Sequence record: OZ374717.1
Length of the DNA: 32,000 nucleotides
Direction: 5' to 3' (one strand)
Numbering within the stretch: the first letter of the stretch is position 1; each line of letters begins with the position of its first letter. A model generated the notes under the pieces. That model saw nothing but the letters and a program-made list of their open reading frames with translations, had not been told where the DNA came from and made no database searches. The translations under genes and the position numbers were made by a program. Positions 18,086 to 27,964 of this stretch are shown here, piece by piece.

Positions 18086-18170
18086 TACTCAATATTGGAC
18101 TCGAACCAATACTATTTTTTATTTAATCAAATTTTAAATCTGACGTGTCTACCAATTTCACCAAATGAGT
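18086..18170 (-). tRNA. trnL(uaa): tRNA-Leu (anticodon UAA), long variable arm
   Basis: D region GTGA-AATTGGTAGA-CAC, anticodon arm TCAGA-TTTAAAA-TTTGA, long variable arm, T arm ATTGG-TTCGAGT-CCAAT, acceptor ACTCATT/ATTGAGT (one internal mismatch). Confidence 0.8.
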
Positions 18171-18175
18171 GATTT

Positions 18176-18247
18176 CGTTTTTAACTAGACTCGAACTAAT
18201 AACAAACTGGTTAACAGCCAATTGCTCTACCATTGAGCTATAAAAAC
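18176..18247 (-). tRNA. trnN(guu): tRNA-Asn (anticodon GUU)
   Basis: Acceptor GTTTTTA/TAAAAAC, D arm GCTC-AATGGTA-GAGC, anticodon arm ATTGG-CTGTTAA-CCAGT, T arm ATTAG-TTCGAGT-CTAGT. Confidence 0.85.
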
Positions 18248-18252
18248 GAATA

Positions 18253-18921
18253 TTAAAAAAATATGTAAATTAGCTTTAAATAATAAGGAAAAAGTGAAAA
18301 AAAATGGACCACCTTTAAATGACCTAAATACACAATTTTTTTTATATTATAATTAATCATTACATTATTTGCAGGTAATGGCCATTTTACACAATATACC
18401 AAATTATTTTCATATTTTTTAAAATAATAGCTGAAATCAATAAAATCACCATAACATAAAATAAATGATTTATTATTAATTGTTTTATCATTTATAAAAA
18501 CAAAATTGTTACTAATTAATTTTCGAATAAATCTAATTGTTAAACCAAATTTTGACCTAAATAAAATAAAATCAACACGATTTTCAAAAAAATTCAATAT
18601 AAAATTTTTGTTTTTTCTTTTAAATATTTTAATTTTTTTTTTCAACGAATTGAAATAAAAAACCGTGAAATTTTTAATATATATAAAATAATGTTTATAT
18701 TCATTTCGATAATCACCATATTTACTAGAATATAAATTTATAGATAATTTATTTTGATCTATTAATTTATATTTTCGAAATTTTTTACCTAAATTTTGTT
18801 GTCTAAACGTAATTATAAAATTTTTCCATTTTTTTCTTTTGAATTTTAGAATTTTATAATTATAAAATGAATTTTCTTTTAATTTTAATATTTTTTTAAA
18901 AACAGGCCTAAAATAACTCAT
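18253..18921 (-). CDS. rps4: ribosomal protein S4
   Basis: FENRVDFILFRSKFGLTIRFIRKLISNNFVFINDKTINNKSFILCYGDFIDF matches the S4 RNA-binding domain pattern (lE.RLD....r.gfa.t...ar.l..hghi.vN.k.v...s..v..gD.i). The ATG overlaps the rps2 TGA stop (ATGA). Confidence 0.8.
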   Translation of the reverse strand: MSYFRPVFKKILKLKENSFYNYKILKFKRKKWKNFIITFRQQNLGKKFRKYKLIDQNKLSINLYSSKYGDYRNEYKHYFIYIKNFTVFYFNSLKKKIKIFKRKNKNFILNFFENRVDFILFRSKFGLTIRFIRKLISNNFVFINDKTINNKSFILCYGDFIDFSYYFKKYENNLVYCVKWPLPANNVMINYNIKKIVYLGHLKVVHFFSLFPYYLKLIYIFF

Positions 18922-19403
18922 ATTTTTAATACTTCATAAATCAAAAGAAAAAATAAATTTATTTGTATTTTATCTAAAATATTTAAATTATTTTTGTACA
19001 AAAAAATAGATAAAATCTTTGATTTAATTATTTCATTTTTATAAAAAAATTTATTTAAATTTATAATTAAATGAATATCATTTTTAGATTTTAAATTAAA
19101 TAAAAACTTTTTATACAAATACATATGTTTAAAAACTGAAAAATTGGATAAAAAACCATTAATCCAAAAATCATTAGCTAAATACAAATGTTTTGTATTT
19201 CTTTTTATAAATGAAAATAAATGAAAATAATTAGTATCCTTGGTCAAAAATAATATTTTTTTATAAGTAATATGAAATTTATAAATCAATTTTAAAAAAA
19301 TCTTTAAAATAATACTTTTTTCTTTTATAGTAAATATTTTATTTTTCATTAATTTTATATTAAAAACCTTATTAATAAAAGTCTGATAGTTAATAACTTT
19401 CAT
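18918..19403 (-). CDS. rps2: probable ribosomal protein S2 (short, divergent)
   Basis: KKILFLTKDTNYFHLFSFIKRNTKHLYLANDFWINGFLSNF resembles the S2 core (g.ilfvgtk......v...a......yv..rW.gG.ltN). Its position between rpl6 and rps4 fits the rps8-rpl6-rps2-rps4 block I recall from heterokont mtDNAs (from memory). Confidence 0.55.
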   Translation of the reverse strand: MKVINYQTFINKVFNIKLMKNKIFTIKEKSIILKIFLKLIYKFHITYKKILFLTKDTNYFHLFSFIKRNTKHLYLANDFWINGFLSNFSVFKHMYLYKKFLFNLKSKNDIHLIINLNKFFYKNEIIKSKILSIFLYKNNLNILDKIQINLFFLLIYEVLKI

Positions 19404-19415
19404 AAAATAAAAAAT

Positions 19416-19991
19416 TTAAATTCTTTTGTTTTTTTTTAAACTAAACTTTTCATTATAAAATAAAATACCTTTACCTATAAATATGTTTATTAATTTAAAA
19501 GATTTAATTAAACTACAAATTTTATTGGTACTATCGATAGAATTACTAATTATATAAACCTCTGTAAACTTTAGACAAAAACTAAAAATAGGATCATTAA
19601 TTTTTAAAAATATATTATGGCTAAAGCCTAATTTAAATAAAAACATATTATATAAAAAATTTTTAAAAGGAAATACTTTATAACCAACACCAATTAACTT
19701 TAATTTTTTATATATTTTAATTTCAGTTTCAAATAAAAATTGTTTTATATTAAAAAAAAGAGGTTTTAAACGAGAAACAGATTCACCAATAAAAAATCTT
19801 GAATTTAAATATTGTTTATTAATTGTTAAAAAAAGTTTATTTTTAAAAACCAATAAACAAAAAAAAGAGTATAAATTCAACAGTTTCAATTTTTTATTAA
19901 ATTTTAAAATAATAAAATTATACTTTTTATTATAAAAAAAAGCTATATAATTAGGAATTTTTATTAGATTGTATTTATTAAAATAAACCAT
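19416..19991 (-). CDS. rpl6: ribosomal protein L6
   Basis: KLKLIGVGYKVFPF...LFKLGFSHNIFLKINDPI...GKGILFYNEKFSLKKNKR matches L6 (l.l.GvGy.a......l.l.lGySH.v....p..i; YkGKGi.y..E....K.gK). Confidence 0.8.
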   Translation of the reverse strand: MVYFNKYNLIKIPNYIAFFYNKKYNFIILKFNKKLKLLNLYSFFCLLVFKNKLFLTINKQYLNSRFFIGESVSRLKPLFFNIKQFLFETEIKIYKKLKLIGVGYKVFPFKNFLYNMFLFKLGFSHNIFLKINDPIFSFCLKFTEVYIISNSIDSTNKICSLIKSFKLINIFIGKGILFYNEKFSLKKNKRI

Positions 19992-19998
19992 ATAAATA

Positions 19999-20367
19999 TT
20001 AATTAATAACTAATATTAACTTACCACCTATTTTTTTATGTTTACAATCATAAACAGATTTTAAACCATGATTAGTAAATACTACAAAAAATTTATTTGA
20101 ATTTAATTTATATAATTGTTTTAAAGATAGATAAATTTTTCTACTGGATTTAGATATAATTTTTAATGTTTTTATAACTGGAATAGTATTTAAATATTTA
20201 AAATAAATTTTTATTTTATTTTTATTTATATTATAACAAAAGATATAACCATTATTCCATAGAAAATTTAAAATAACTTTATTATTATTATTATTTTCTA
20301 TAAATATAAATTTTTTTTTCGAAATTTGAGCATTTTTTATAATTAAAAATAAAAAAAAATTGTTCAT
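19999..20367 (-). CDS. rps8: ribosomal protein S8
   Basis: ..LIIKNAQISKKKFIFIE....KVILNFLWNNGYI...IKIYFKY...IKTLKIISKSSRKIYLS...VVFTNHGLKSVYDCKHKKIGGKLILVIN follows the S8 pattern (irNa......v..p.sk....l..L..eGyI; skp..r.Y; ..sTs.G.m....a....vGGe.l..v). Confidence 0.75.
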   Translation of the reverse strand: MNNFFLFLIIKNAQISKKKFIFIENNNNNKVILNFLWNNGYIFCYNINKNKIKIYFKYLNTIPVIKTLKIISKSSRKIYLSLKQLYKLNSNKFFVVFTNHGLKSVYDCKHKKIGGKLILVIN

Positions 20368-20374
20368 AATTTTA

Positions 20375-20448
20375 TATTTAAAAACAGATTCGAACTGTTG
20401 ACCTAAGGATTTTCAATCCTTCACTCTAAACCACTGAGTTATTTAAAT
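20375..20448 (-). tRNA. trnF(gaa): tRNA-Phe (anticodon GAA)
   Basis: Acceptor ATTTAAA/TTTAAAT, D arm ACTC-AGTGGTTTA-GAGT, anticodon arm AAGGA-TTGAAAA-TCCTT, T arm AACAG-TTCGAAT-CTGTT. Confidence 0.9.
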
Positions 20449-20457
20449 ATGAAATAT

Positions 20458-21426
20458 TTAAACAAATAACCCATTAAAAGTAATAGATAAACCTATAGTA
20501 TATAAAAAATAACCTAAAACTAATGGTAATAAACATTTCCAACCCAACTCCATTAATTGATCAAACCTAAACCTTGGGAAAATTGCTCTATTAATTATAA
20601 AATAAAGAACCCCAATACAAATTTTTAAACTCAACATAATTGGTCCCAAAATAAATTCAAATAAAAACCAACCACCTAAAAAAAATACAGACCCAAGCAC
20701 ACTCATTAATAGCATATTTCCGTATTCACCTAAAAAAAATTGTGCAAATGGGATTCCAGAATATTCAACATTATAACCAGAAACCAGCTCAGATTCAGAC
20801 TCAGGTAAATCAAAAGGATGTCTGTTTGTTTCAGCTAAAATAGAAATATAAAAAATAATAAATATTGAAAAAAATGGTAACATAAACCAAACATATTTTT
20901 GTAATAATATAATTTTAGATAAATTAAATGAACTCACCGAAATAACAACAATTAAACAGGAAAAACTAAAAGCTAATTCATATGAAATCATTTGGGCAGT
21001 TGATCGAATTGAACCTATAAATGAATATTTTGAATTACTGCCCCACCCTGCAAACAATAAACTATAAACATTTAAAGACGAAATACAAAATATATAAATA
21101 GTACCTAAATTTAAATCTGTTAAAAAAATACCATCAGAAAAAGGTATTACACCCCAACCTAAAATACTTAAAATTAGAGCCATTAAAGGAGCAATAAAAA
21201 AAATAAATTCATCAGTACTATTTGGAAAAATTATTTCTTTTGCAAATAATTTTAAACCGTCAGATAATGGTTGTAATAAACCAATATATCCAACAATATT
21301 TGGACCTCGACGCATTTGAATACCCCCCATTATTTTTCTTTCGGCTATTGTGAAATATGCAACAGAAATTAAAAGTGGAATAATTATAATTACAATTTTA
21401 AAAATTAATAAAAAAATATTCTTCAT
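20458..21426 (-). CDS. nad1: NADH dehydrogenase subunit 1
   Basis: MKNIFLLIFKIV...AERKIMGGIQMRRGPNIVGYIGLLQPLSDGLKLFAKE...ETNRHPFDLPESESELVSGYNVEYS. True ATG at 21426. The track start (TTG at 21489) reads through trnC. Confidence 0.95.
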   Translation of the reverse strand: MKNIFLLIFKIVIIIIPLLISVAYFTIAERKIMGGIQMRRGPNIVGYIGLLQPLSDGLKLFAKEIIFPNSTDEFIFFIAPLMALILSILGWGVIPFSDGIFLTDLNLGTIYIFCISSLNVYSLLFAGWGSNSKYSFIGSIRSTAQMISYELAFSFSCLIVVISVSSFNLSKIILLQKYVWFMLPFFSIFIIFYISILAETNRHPFDLPESESELVSGYNVEYSGIPFAQFFLGEYGNMLLMSVLGSVFFLGGWFLFEFILGPIMLSLKICIGVLYFIINRAIFPRFRFDQLMELGWKCLLPLVLGYFLYTIGLSITFNGLFV

Positions 21427-21430
21427 ATAT

Positions 21431-21506
21431 AGATTAAAATTGGATTTGAACCAATATAAAAAGATTTGCAATCTAAAACATTCAACCAATTTTATGCTAT
21501 TTAACC
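21431..21506 (-). tRNA. trnC(gca): tRNA-Cys (anticodon GCA)
   Basis: Acceptor GGTTAAA/TTTAATC, D arm GCAT...ATGT, anticodon loop TTGCAAA on a weak A/T stem (two T/T mismatches), T arm ATTGG-TTCAAAT-CCAAT. Confidence 0.7.
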
Positions 21507-21510
21507 AAAA

Positions 21511-22269
21511 TTATGAATTTAAAGTCATATGGTAAAAATGTTCAGATGAACAAGCAATAATAACAATAGGCATAAAACCATGATTAACACCACAAATTTC
21601 ACTACATTGGCCAAAAAAAATACCAAACCTTTTAATAAATAAATTTGCCTGATTTAAACGACCCGGACAGGCATCCACTTTAACACCAAAAGAAGGTATT
21701 GTCCAACTATGTAATACATCCACGGATGTAATTAATAATCTAATATGTGTATTTGTTGGTAAAATTACTCTTTTATTTGTCTCTAGTAACCTGAATAAAC
21801 CTAAATTTTCAATATTATTTAAAAACTCATTTGTCAATAAATAACAACTAAATTTAAATTCTTTATTAATAGACGAACAAAATTTATAATCAGATATTTC
21901 ATAAGTCCAATACCATTGATGCCCAATAATTTTTAGAGTAAGTTCCGGATTTGTTATTTCATCAAGACTATAAAGTAATGAAAATGAAGGACTGGCTAAA
22001 GTTAATAATATTAAAGCTGGAACAATAGTCCAAATAATTTCAATAATATTGGAATGAGTAAAAGCATTAACTTTATGTGAATTATTGTCAAAAAAGTTTA
22101 CCCATATTAGATATAACAGCCACCAAATTAATAAAACAATATTGATAATAATAAATAATAAATGTGAATTAAACATGTAAATACCATCCATTGTTGTTGT
22201 AGCCGGTTCCTGAAAAATAATTTCAAAAAACTCAGATGGTGAATCAGAAAACCAATTTTTATAAAACAT
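21511..22269 (-). CDS. cox2: cytochrome c oxidase subunit 2
   Basis: GHQWYWTYE, VDVLHSWTIPSFGVKVDACPGRLNQ and the CuA site GQCSEICGVNHGFMP. True ATG at 22269. The track start at 22308 is an upstream TTG overlapping nad7. Confidence 0.95.
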   Translation of the reverse strand: MFYKNWFSDSPSEFFEIIFQEPATTTMDGIYMFNSHLLFIIINIVLLIWWLLYLIWVNFFDNNSHKVNAFTHSNIIEIIWTIVPALILLTLASPSFSLLYSLDEITNPELTLKIIGHQWYWTYEISDYKFCSSINKEFKFSCYLLTNEFLNNIENLGLFRLLETNKRVILPTNTHIRLLITSVDVLHSWTIPSFGVKVDACPGRLNQANLFIKRFGIFFGQCSEICGVNHGFMPIVIIACSSEHFYHMTLNS

Positions 22270-22282
22270 TGTTGAATTTTTA

Positions 22283-23500
22283 CTATCGATCAATTTCACC
22301 AAAAACAATATCCTGAGTACCTATTATTGTAACAATATCAGCAATCATATGATATTTAGACATAAAATCTAAAGCCTGTAAATGTGAAAAACCTGGAGCT
22401 TTAATTTTACATCTATATGGTTTGTTTGTGTTATTTGAAATTATGTATACACCGAATTCGCCTTTCGGTGCTTCAATCGGAGTATAATTTTCATTATGTA
22501 ATATTGAAAAACCATTTGTGTAAATTTTAAAATGATGAATTAAAGCCTCCATTGATTGTTTTATTTCAAATTTTAAAGGTGCTGAGACTTTAGTATCATT
22601 TGATTTTATTAAACCAGTAGGGATAATTTCTAAACACTGAGTAATCAAATTTAATGATTGTTTCATTTCATTAATTCGAATTAAATAACGATCAAAACAA
22701 TCACCATTTTGACCATATGGTATACTAAAAATTAGATTATTATAAATTTCATAAGGCTGAGATTTACGAATATCCCATTTAACACCTGATCCCCGCAACA
22801 TAACACCACTAAAACCCCAATTTAAAGCATTCTTTTTTGAAATAATACCAATATCAATTAACCTTTGTTTCCATATCCTATTATTTGTTAACATCTCTTC
22901 AATTTCAATAAGTTTAATTTTAAATTGTATTGTAAATAAAAAAATATCATTTAATAATCCCAACGGTAAATCATTATTAACACCACCCGGTCGAAAAAAA
23001 GCCGCATGCATTCTAGCTCCAGAAACCCTCTCATAAAATTCCATTAATTTTTCACGCTCTTCAAAAGCCCATAACATAGGAGTCATAGCACCAACATCCA
23101 TAGCATGACAACCTATAGCCAATAAATGATTTAAAATACGAGTTATTTCAGAATAAATTACCCTTATAAATTGGGCTCTTTTTGGTATTTTATAATTAAT
23201 TAAATTTTCAACAGCTAAACAATAAGCATGTTCCTGTGACAACATGGACACGTAATCTAACCTATCTAAATACGGTAATGCCTGTAAATAATTTTTATAT
23301 TCAATTAATTTTTCTGTTCCACGATGTAATAAACCAATATGCGGTACTGCCTTAATAATAATTTCACCAGATAATTCTATTAATAGCCGTAAAACACCAT
23401 GAGCTGCTGGATGTTGCGGACCAAAATTTACTGTAAAATTTTTTATTTTATTATAATTTTTTTTAAATTTAAATAACAAAAATAAAAACGATGGGAACAA
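22283..23500 (-). CDS. nad7: NADH dehydrogenase subunit 7 (no ATG available; TTG start at 23500 or 23479)
   Basis: [34 protein letters not shown] and the DIVFGEIDR terminus. TTG 23500 overlaps the trnM 3' end by 9 nt. A second in-frame TTG at 23479 avoids the overlap. Confidence 0.95.
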   Translation of the reverse strand: MFPSFLFLLFKFKKNYNKIKNFTVNFGPQHPAAHGVLRLLIELSGEIIIKAVPHIGLLHRGTEKLIEYKNYLQALPYLDRLDYVSMLSQEHAYCLAVENLINYKIPKRAQFIRVIYSEITRILNHLLAIGCHAMDVGAMTPMLWAFEEREKLMEFYERVSGARMHAAFFRPGGVNNDLPLGLLNDIFLFTIQFKIKLIEIEEMLTNNRIWKQRLIDIGIISKKNALNWGFSGVMLRGSGVKWDIRKSQPYEIYNNLIFSIPYGQNGDCFDRYLIRINEMKQSLNLITQCLEIIPTGLIKSNDTKVSAPLKFEIKQSMEALIHHFKIYTNGFSILHNENYTPIEAPKGEFGVYIISNNTNKPYRCKIKAPGFSHLQALDFMSKYHMIADIVTIIGTQDIVFGEIDR

Positions 23501-23566
23501 TAGGATTTGAACCTATAATTATTATTAGGGTATGAACCTAATCGGTTAACCAATTACCATATTCCC
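23492..23566 (-). tRNA. trnM(cau): tRNA with anticodon CAU (Met initiator/elongator, or Ile if C34 is modified)
   Basis: Acceptor GGGAATA/TGTTCCC, anticodon arm TTAGG-TTCATAC-CCTAA, T arm ATAGG-TTCAAAT-CCTAT. The D region is shorter and the variable region longer than canonical. Confidence 0.75.
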
Positions 23567-23571
23567 GTTTT

Positions 23572-25221
23572 TTAAAAAAAATTATCAAATAATATAATTT
23601 TATGTAAAATTAAATACAATAATTTTGGATTAAAAAAAGAAAAAATCAATCCAAAATTAAAAAGACAAAAAATTATTATATTTTGTGAATTGATAGGAAA
23701 ATAAAGTTTACCTATTATAAAATTCTCGAAGTACAAAATCTTTATTAACCGTATATAATAAAATGCTGAAATAATACTACAAAAAATAATCATTATAGTT
23801 AAAGTAAAAATTTTTTCTGTAATTAATGATAAAAATACTCCAATTTTAGCAAAAAATCCAATTAAAGGTGGCACTCCTGCAATTGAGAATAAAACAATTA
23901 ATAAACCAAATGAAAAAATTTTATTTGATTTATTTAATAACGTTAAATCACTAATATTTTTTGAATATTTGCTATTATAATTGGTAGTTTTTTTTTTTAA
24001 TATTAAAATAACAAACCATATAATAATATTAGATAAAAAATAAATGAACAAATAAAAATAAACAATTTCCAGACCTAATAGCGAATTAATACTGAATGAT
24101 AAAAATACATAACCCATATGACTAATAGAACTATAAGTTAGTAATGTTTTTAATTTTTTCTGGCGTAAATTTCCAAATGAACCTACCAATACACTAATAA
24201 ACCCGATCAAAGTAAAAACAAAATTAAAAATAAAATTAGATTTATTTATTAAAAAACTATAAACTCTAAATAAAATAATAAAATAACTTAATTTGGTTAG
24301 TATCATAAAAAAAAATGTAATCAAAGATACTGAGCTCTCATAAATATCTAATGACCAAAAATGAAATGGGGCCAACGATAATTTAATACATACACTAAAA
24401 CATATTAATAAAACACCTAATTCAAATAAAGGTTTATCACACTTTATTATATAATTATTTACTAATAAATATTCAAAAAACCAATGTTTAAAGTAAAAAA
24501 ATTTAATAAAGTATTCATGATATTCATATTTATAAACTAAAATTTTTAAAAAATTATAATTATTATTAAAAAATAAATATTCTATATTTAAAGTTAATAT
24601 ATGAATATCTGATAATAGTATACTTCCAGTATAATAATAAAAAAAAAGGCTACCAATTAAAAAAAAAGATGAGGAAACAACACCAATTATCAAATATTTT
24701 ATACCACCCTCAATAGAATAAACAGAATTTTTTTTATACGCAGCTAAAAAATAGGAAGATAAACTTATTAACTCAATTGATATAAAAATAAGTAGTAAAT
24801 CAAAACTAGAGCACAAAAATATTAAACCTAAAACACTGAATAAAATTAATACTATAAATTCTAACGAAGTTAATTCATAATCGGTTAATAAATTTGAAAT
24901 AATAGTAAAAAATACAAAACTCAGAACTATAATAACTAATTTACTAAAAACAGATAAATAATCAAACAACATGAATTGATTTAACCCAATAAAAATATTT
25001 TGATTTAAATCAACTAAAAAAAATAATGAATCATTGAAAATTAAACAACCTATTAGTAAAAAAATAAAGGACAAACAATCACAAATTGATTTATAAATTA
25101 AAATACCAAAAATATTATTTATTAATAATAAATATACAGTTAAAATATAAATCAGTATAATACCAATAAAATATTCAATAAAAAATAAAAAAAAATTTAA
25201 TTCAATAAAACCAATATTCAT
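23572..25221 (-). CDS. nad2: NADH dehydrogenase subunit 2
   Basis: 549-aa polytopic ORF with Nad2/NuoN-like segments (..GGIKYLIIGVVSSSFFLIGS.., LAPFHFWSLDIYE, LTYSSISHMGY, AGVPPLIGFFAK). ATG at 25221 immediately follows the nad6 stop. Confidence 0.9.
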   Translation of the reverse strand: MNIGFIELNFFLFFIEYFIGIILIYILTVYLLLINNIFGILIYKSICDCLSFIFLLIGCLIFNDSLFFLVDLNQNIFIGLNQFMLFDYLSVFSKLVIIVLSFVFFTIISNLLTDYELTSLEFIVLILFSVLGLIFLCSSFDLLLIFISIELISLSSYFLAAYKKNSVYSIEGGIKYLIIGVVSSSFFLIGSLFFYYYTGSILLSDIHILTLNIEYLFFNNNYNFLKILVYKYEYHEYFIKFFYFKHWFFEYLLVNNYIIKCDKPLFELGVLLICFSVCIKLSLAPFHFWSLDIYESSVSLITFFFMILTKLSYFIILFRVYSFLINKSNFIFNFVFTLIGFISVLVGSFGNLRQKKLKTLLTYSSISHMGYVFLSFSINSLLGLEIVYFYLFIYFLSNIIIWFVILILKKKTTNYNSKYSKNISDLTLLNKSNKIFSFGLLIVLFSIAGVPPLIGFFAKIGVFLSLITEKIFTLTIMIIFCSIISAFYYIRLIKILYFENFIIGKLYFPINSQNIIIFCLFNFGLIFSFFNPKLLYLILHKIILFDNFF

Positions 25222-25824
25222 TTACTTTTGTTTATCAAAAAAACAGGAATTTATAGAAATTTGTTTAAAACTATTTTGAATTTTAAAATTTAAAGTTAAA
25301 TAATTGTTTATAAAAAACACAACACCAAGTAAAACTAATAATAAAACAAAACCAATCAATAAAAATTGTATAATAAAATTAGTGTATAATAAAAGCGAAT
25401 AAACTTCGATTTCATTATTAGAATTATTTAAATCCTTCCAATTAACGAAATTAAATAAATTAAAAAAATAATAATATTCATAAAAAAAAATGTTATTGTT
25501 ATAAAATAATAATATTAAACAAAAAAATAAAATAAAGATAAAACCTATTATATTATTAAATATTAAGTTTTTAGTTAAATCTTTAAATTTAATATTTAAT
25601 AACATAATTACAAATAAAAACAAAACGATAATACCACCCACATATATGATTAAAAACATAAAAGCAAAAAATTCACAATTTAATAATAATAATAGTACTG
25701 CTGATAAAATAAAAGTTAATACTAAAAATAATAAAGCAAATATTGAGTGAATAGAAAAAATAGTAAATATCACACTAATAACTAAAAAAACATCAACATA
25801 ATATACTAAAATATTATTAAACAT
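25222..25824 (-). CDS. nad6: NADH dehydrogenase subunit 6
   Basis: 200-aa hydrophobic ORF with ATG start. NCEFFAFMFLIIYVGGIIVLFLFVIML is the Nad6/NuoJ-type core. Its position next to nad2 is also consistent. Confidence 0.85.
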   Translation of the reverse strand: MFNNILVYYVDVFLVISVIFTIFSIHSIFALLFLVLTFILSAVLLLLLNCEFFAFMFLIIYVGGIIVLFLFVIMLLNIKFKDLTKNLIFNNIIGFIFILFFCLILLFYNNNIFFYEYYYFFNLFNFVNWKDLNNSNNEIEVYSLLLYTNFIIQFLLIGFVLLLVLLGVVFFINNYLTLNFKIQNSFKQISINSCFFDKQK

Positions 25825-25834
25825 ATATGTTTTT

Positions 25835-26395
25835 ATGATTATATTAAATATGTTAATAAATATTAGCCATCTAGGTTTTATTTTACCATTAGTAAAAATT
25901 GAATTTTACAATAACCAATATTGTTTTTTTTTTAAAACACTAATATTTCAAATAATTTTAAAAATATTAAAGTACCATTTCAAATACAATTTTAATTTAT
26001 TAATATTTATTAGTGGAGTTGATTACCCAGAAAATAAAAATAGATTTAAAATTATTTATGAAATTTTATCATTAAAATTTAATAATCGTATCAGATTAAA
26101 AATATCAGTAAACGAAATTACACAAATATATTCAGTAAAAAAAATATTTATTTCAGCCGTTTGGTGGGAAGATGAACTATGGGATATGTTTGGTATTGTG
26201 TTTTTAAAACATAAAAATTTGATTAGATTATTAACAGATTACGGTTTTCAGGGGTTTCCATTACGGAAAGATTTCCCATTATCAGGTTTTATAGATTTAA
26301 AATATAATCTCATAAAAAATAGAATATCATATGAAAAACTCGAATTATCACAAAACTATAGAATTTTTAATTATAATTCTCCATGGGAATATTAA
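25835..26395 (+). CDS. nad9: NADH dehydrogenase subunit 9
   Basis: ISGVDYPENKNRFKIIYEILS, AVWWEDELWDMFGIVF and LLTDYGFQGFPLRKDFPLSGF, Nad9/NuoC signatures. Confidence 0.92.
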   Translation: MIILNMLINISHLGFILPLVKIEFYNNQYCFFFKTLIFQIILKILKYHFKYNFNLLIFISGVDYPENKNRFKIIYEILSLKFNNRIRLKISVNEITQIYSVKKIFISAVWWEDELWDMFGIVFLKHKNLIRLLTDYGFQGFPLRKDFPLSGFIDLKYNLIKNRISYEKLELSQNYRIFNYNSPWEY

Positions 26396-26408
26396 AATAA
26401 AATATTAC

Positions 26409-26482
26409 ACATTTTTAACTTAACTGGAAAAAGTAGTAATTTTCTAAATTAATAAATATAGGTTCAAGCCCTATAAAATGTA
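26409..26482 (+). tRNA. trnR(ucu): tRNA-Arg (anticodon UCU)
   Basis: Acceptor ACATTTT/AAAATGT, D arm ACTT-AACTGGAAA-AAGT, anticodon loop TTTCTAA, T arm ATAGG-TTCAAGC-CCTAT. Confidence 0.8.
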
Positions 26483-26490
26483 AATTTAAT

Positions 26491-27960
26491 ATGATATTGG
26501 GAAATATTTTAATAATGAACATATTTTTTCCACTCATTGGAATTTTTTTAATTTTATTTACACCTAATAAAGAAAAAAAAATAATTAAATTAATAGCATT
26601 AAATTTATCAAGTTTTTGTTTTTTGGGCTTTTTATTTTTATGGGTTTGCTTTAATAAATCAATTATTAATTTTCAAAATATTTACAAAGTTTCATTAAAT
26701 TTATTATTTAATTTAAATTTTATTATTGGTATAGACGGAATATCAATCTTTTTTTTATTATTAACAACATTGCTAATTCCATTATGTTTTTTATCTAATT
26801 GGAGTAATATAAATAATTTTTTAAAAGAATATTATATCATATTTTTATTACTAGAATTTTTTTTAATAAATGTATTTTGTTCACTAGATATATTATTTTT
26901 TTATATTTTTTTTGAATGCATTTTGATACCTATGTTTTTAATAATTGGAATTTGGGGATCTCGCCAACGAAAAATATTAGCTAATTATTATTTTTTTATT
27001 TATACTTTATTTGGTTCAATTATTATGTTATTAGGTATAATTTATATGTTTGATCAAATTGGAACAACAATTTATTATTTAATTCTATCAGTTTCATTTT
27101 TAAAAATTGAACAAAAAATATTATGGTTTTCATTTTTTTTATCTTTTGCCGCTAAAGTTCCTATGGTACCTGTTCATTTATGGCTACCAGAAGCTCATGT
27201 TGAAGCACCAACGGCAGGTTCTGTTATTTTAGCTGGAATTTTATTAAAATTAGGAACCTATGGTTTCATAAGATTTTCTATACCATTATTTCCATATGGT
27301 TCATTATTTTTTCTTCCTTTTATTTACAGTTTAATAGTAATTGGTGTTATATATGGATCTTTTACAGCTATCAGACAAACAGATTTAAAAAGAGTAATAG
27401 CATATACCTCTATTGCACATATGAACGTTGTTTTATTAGGAATCTTTAGTTTTAATATTATTGGACTTGAAGGTTCAATATTTCAAAGTTTAAATCATGG
27501 TTTTATTGCTAGTGGATTATTTCTATTAATTGGAATTATTTATGATAGATATAAAACTCGAGTTATACAATATTATGGTGGTTTAGCTACAGTTATGCCT
27601 ATTTATATATTAATTTTTTTATTTTTTAGTATGGCAAACATCGGTTTTCCTGGGACTGGAAATTTTTTAGGTGAATTTTTAATTTTTGTTGGATCTTTTC
27701 GAATAAATATTATAATAACTTTTTTTACTGCAATTAGTTTAATTATCGGTGCAGGCTACAGTTTATGGTTATTTAACCGTATTTCGTTTGGTAACTTAAA
27801 AATTCAATATACAAATAATTTTTTTGATTTAAATTTTAGAGAAATTATAATTTTTGTTCCATTAATTTGTTGTTCATTATTTTCTGGTTTATATAGTGGC
27901 ATTTTTTTAACATTAATTCACTATAATATTAATTATTTAATAGAATTTATCTATTTTTAA
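26491..27960 (+). CDS. nad4: NADH dehydrogenase subunit 4
   Basis: 489-aa ORF with FFECILIPMFLIIGIWGSRQRK, AAKVPMVPVHLWLPEAHVEAPTAGSVILAGILLKLGTYGF and AYTSIAHMN. Confidence 0.95.
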   Translation: MILGNILIMNIFFPLIGIFLILFTPNKEKKIIKLIALNLSSFCFLGFLFLWVCFNKSIINFQNIYKVSLNLLFNLNFIIGIDGISIFFLLLTTLLIPLCFLSNWSNINNFLKEYYIIFLLLEFFLINVFCSLDILFFYIFFECILIPMFLIIGIWGSRQRKILANYYFFIYTLFGSIIMLLGIIYMFDQIGTTIYYLILSVSFLKIEQKILWFSFFLSFAAKVPMVPVHLWLPEAHVEAPTAGSVILAGILLKLGTYGFIRFSIPLFPYGSLFFLPFIYSLIVIGVIYGSFTAIRQTDLKRVIAYTSIAHMNVVLLGIFSFNIIGLEGSIFQSLNHGFIASGLFLLIGIIYDRYKTRVIQYYGGLATVMPIYILIFLFFSMANIGFPGTGNFLGEFLIFVGSFRINIIITFFTAISLIIGAGYSLWLFNRISFGNLKIQYTNNFFDLNFREIIIFVPLICCSLFSGLYSGIFLTLIHYNINYLIEFIYF

Positions 27961-27964
27961 AAAA

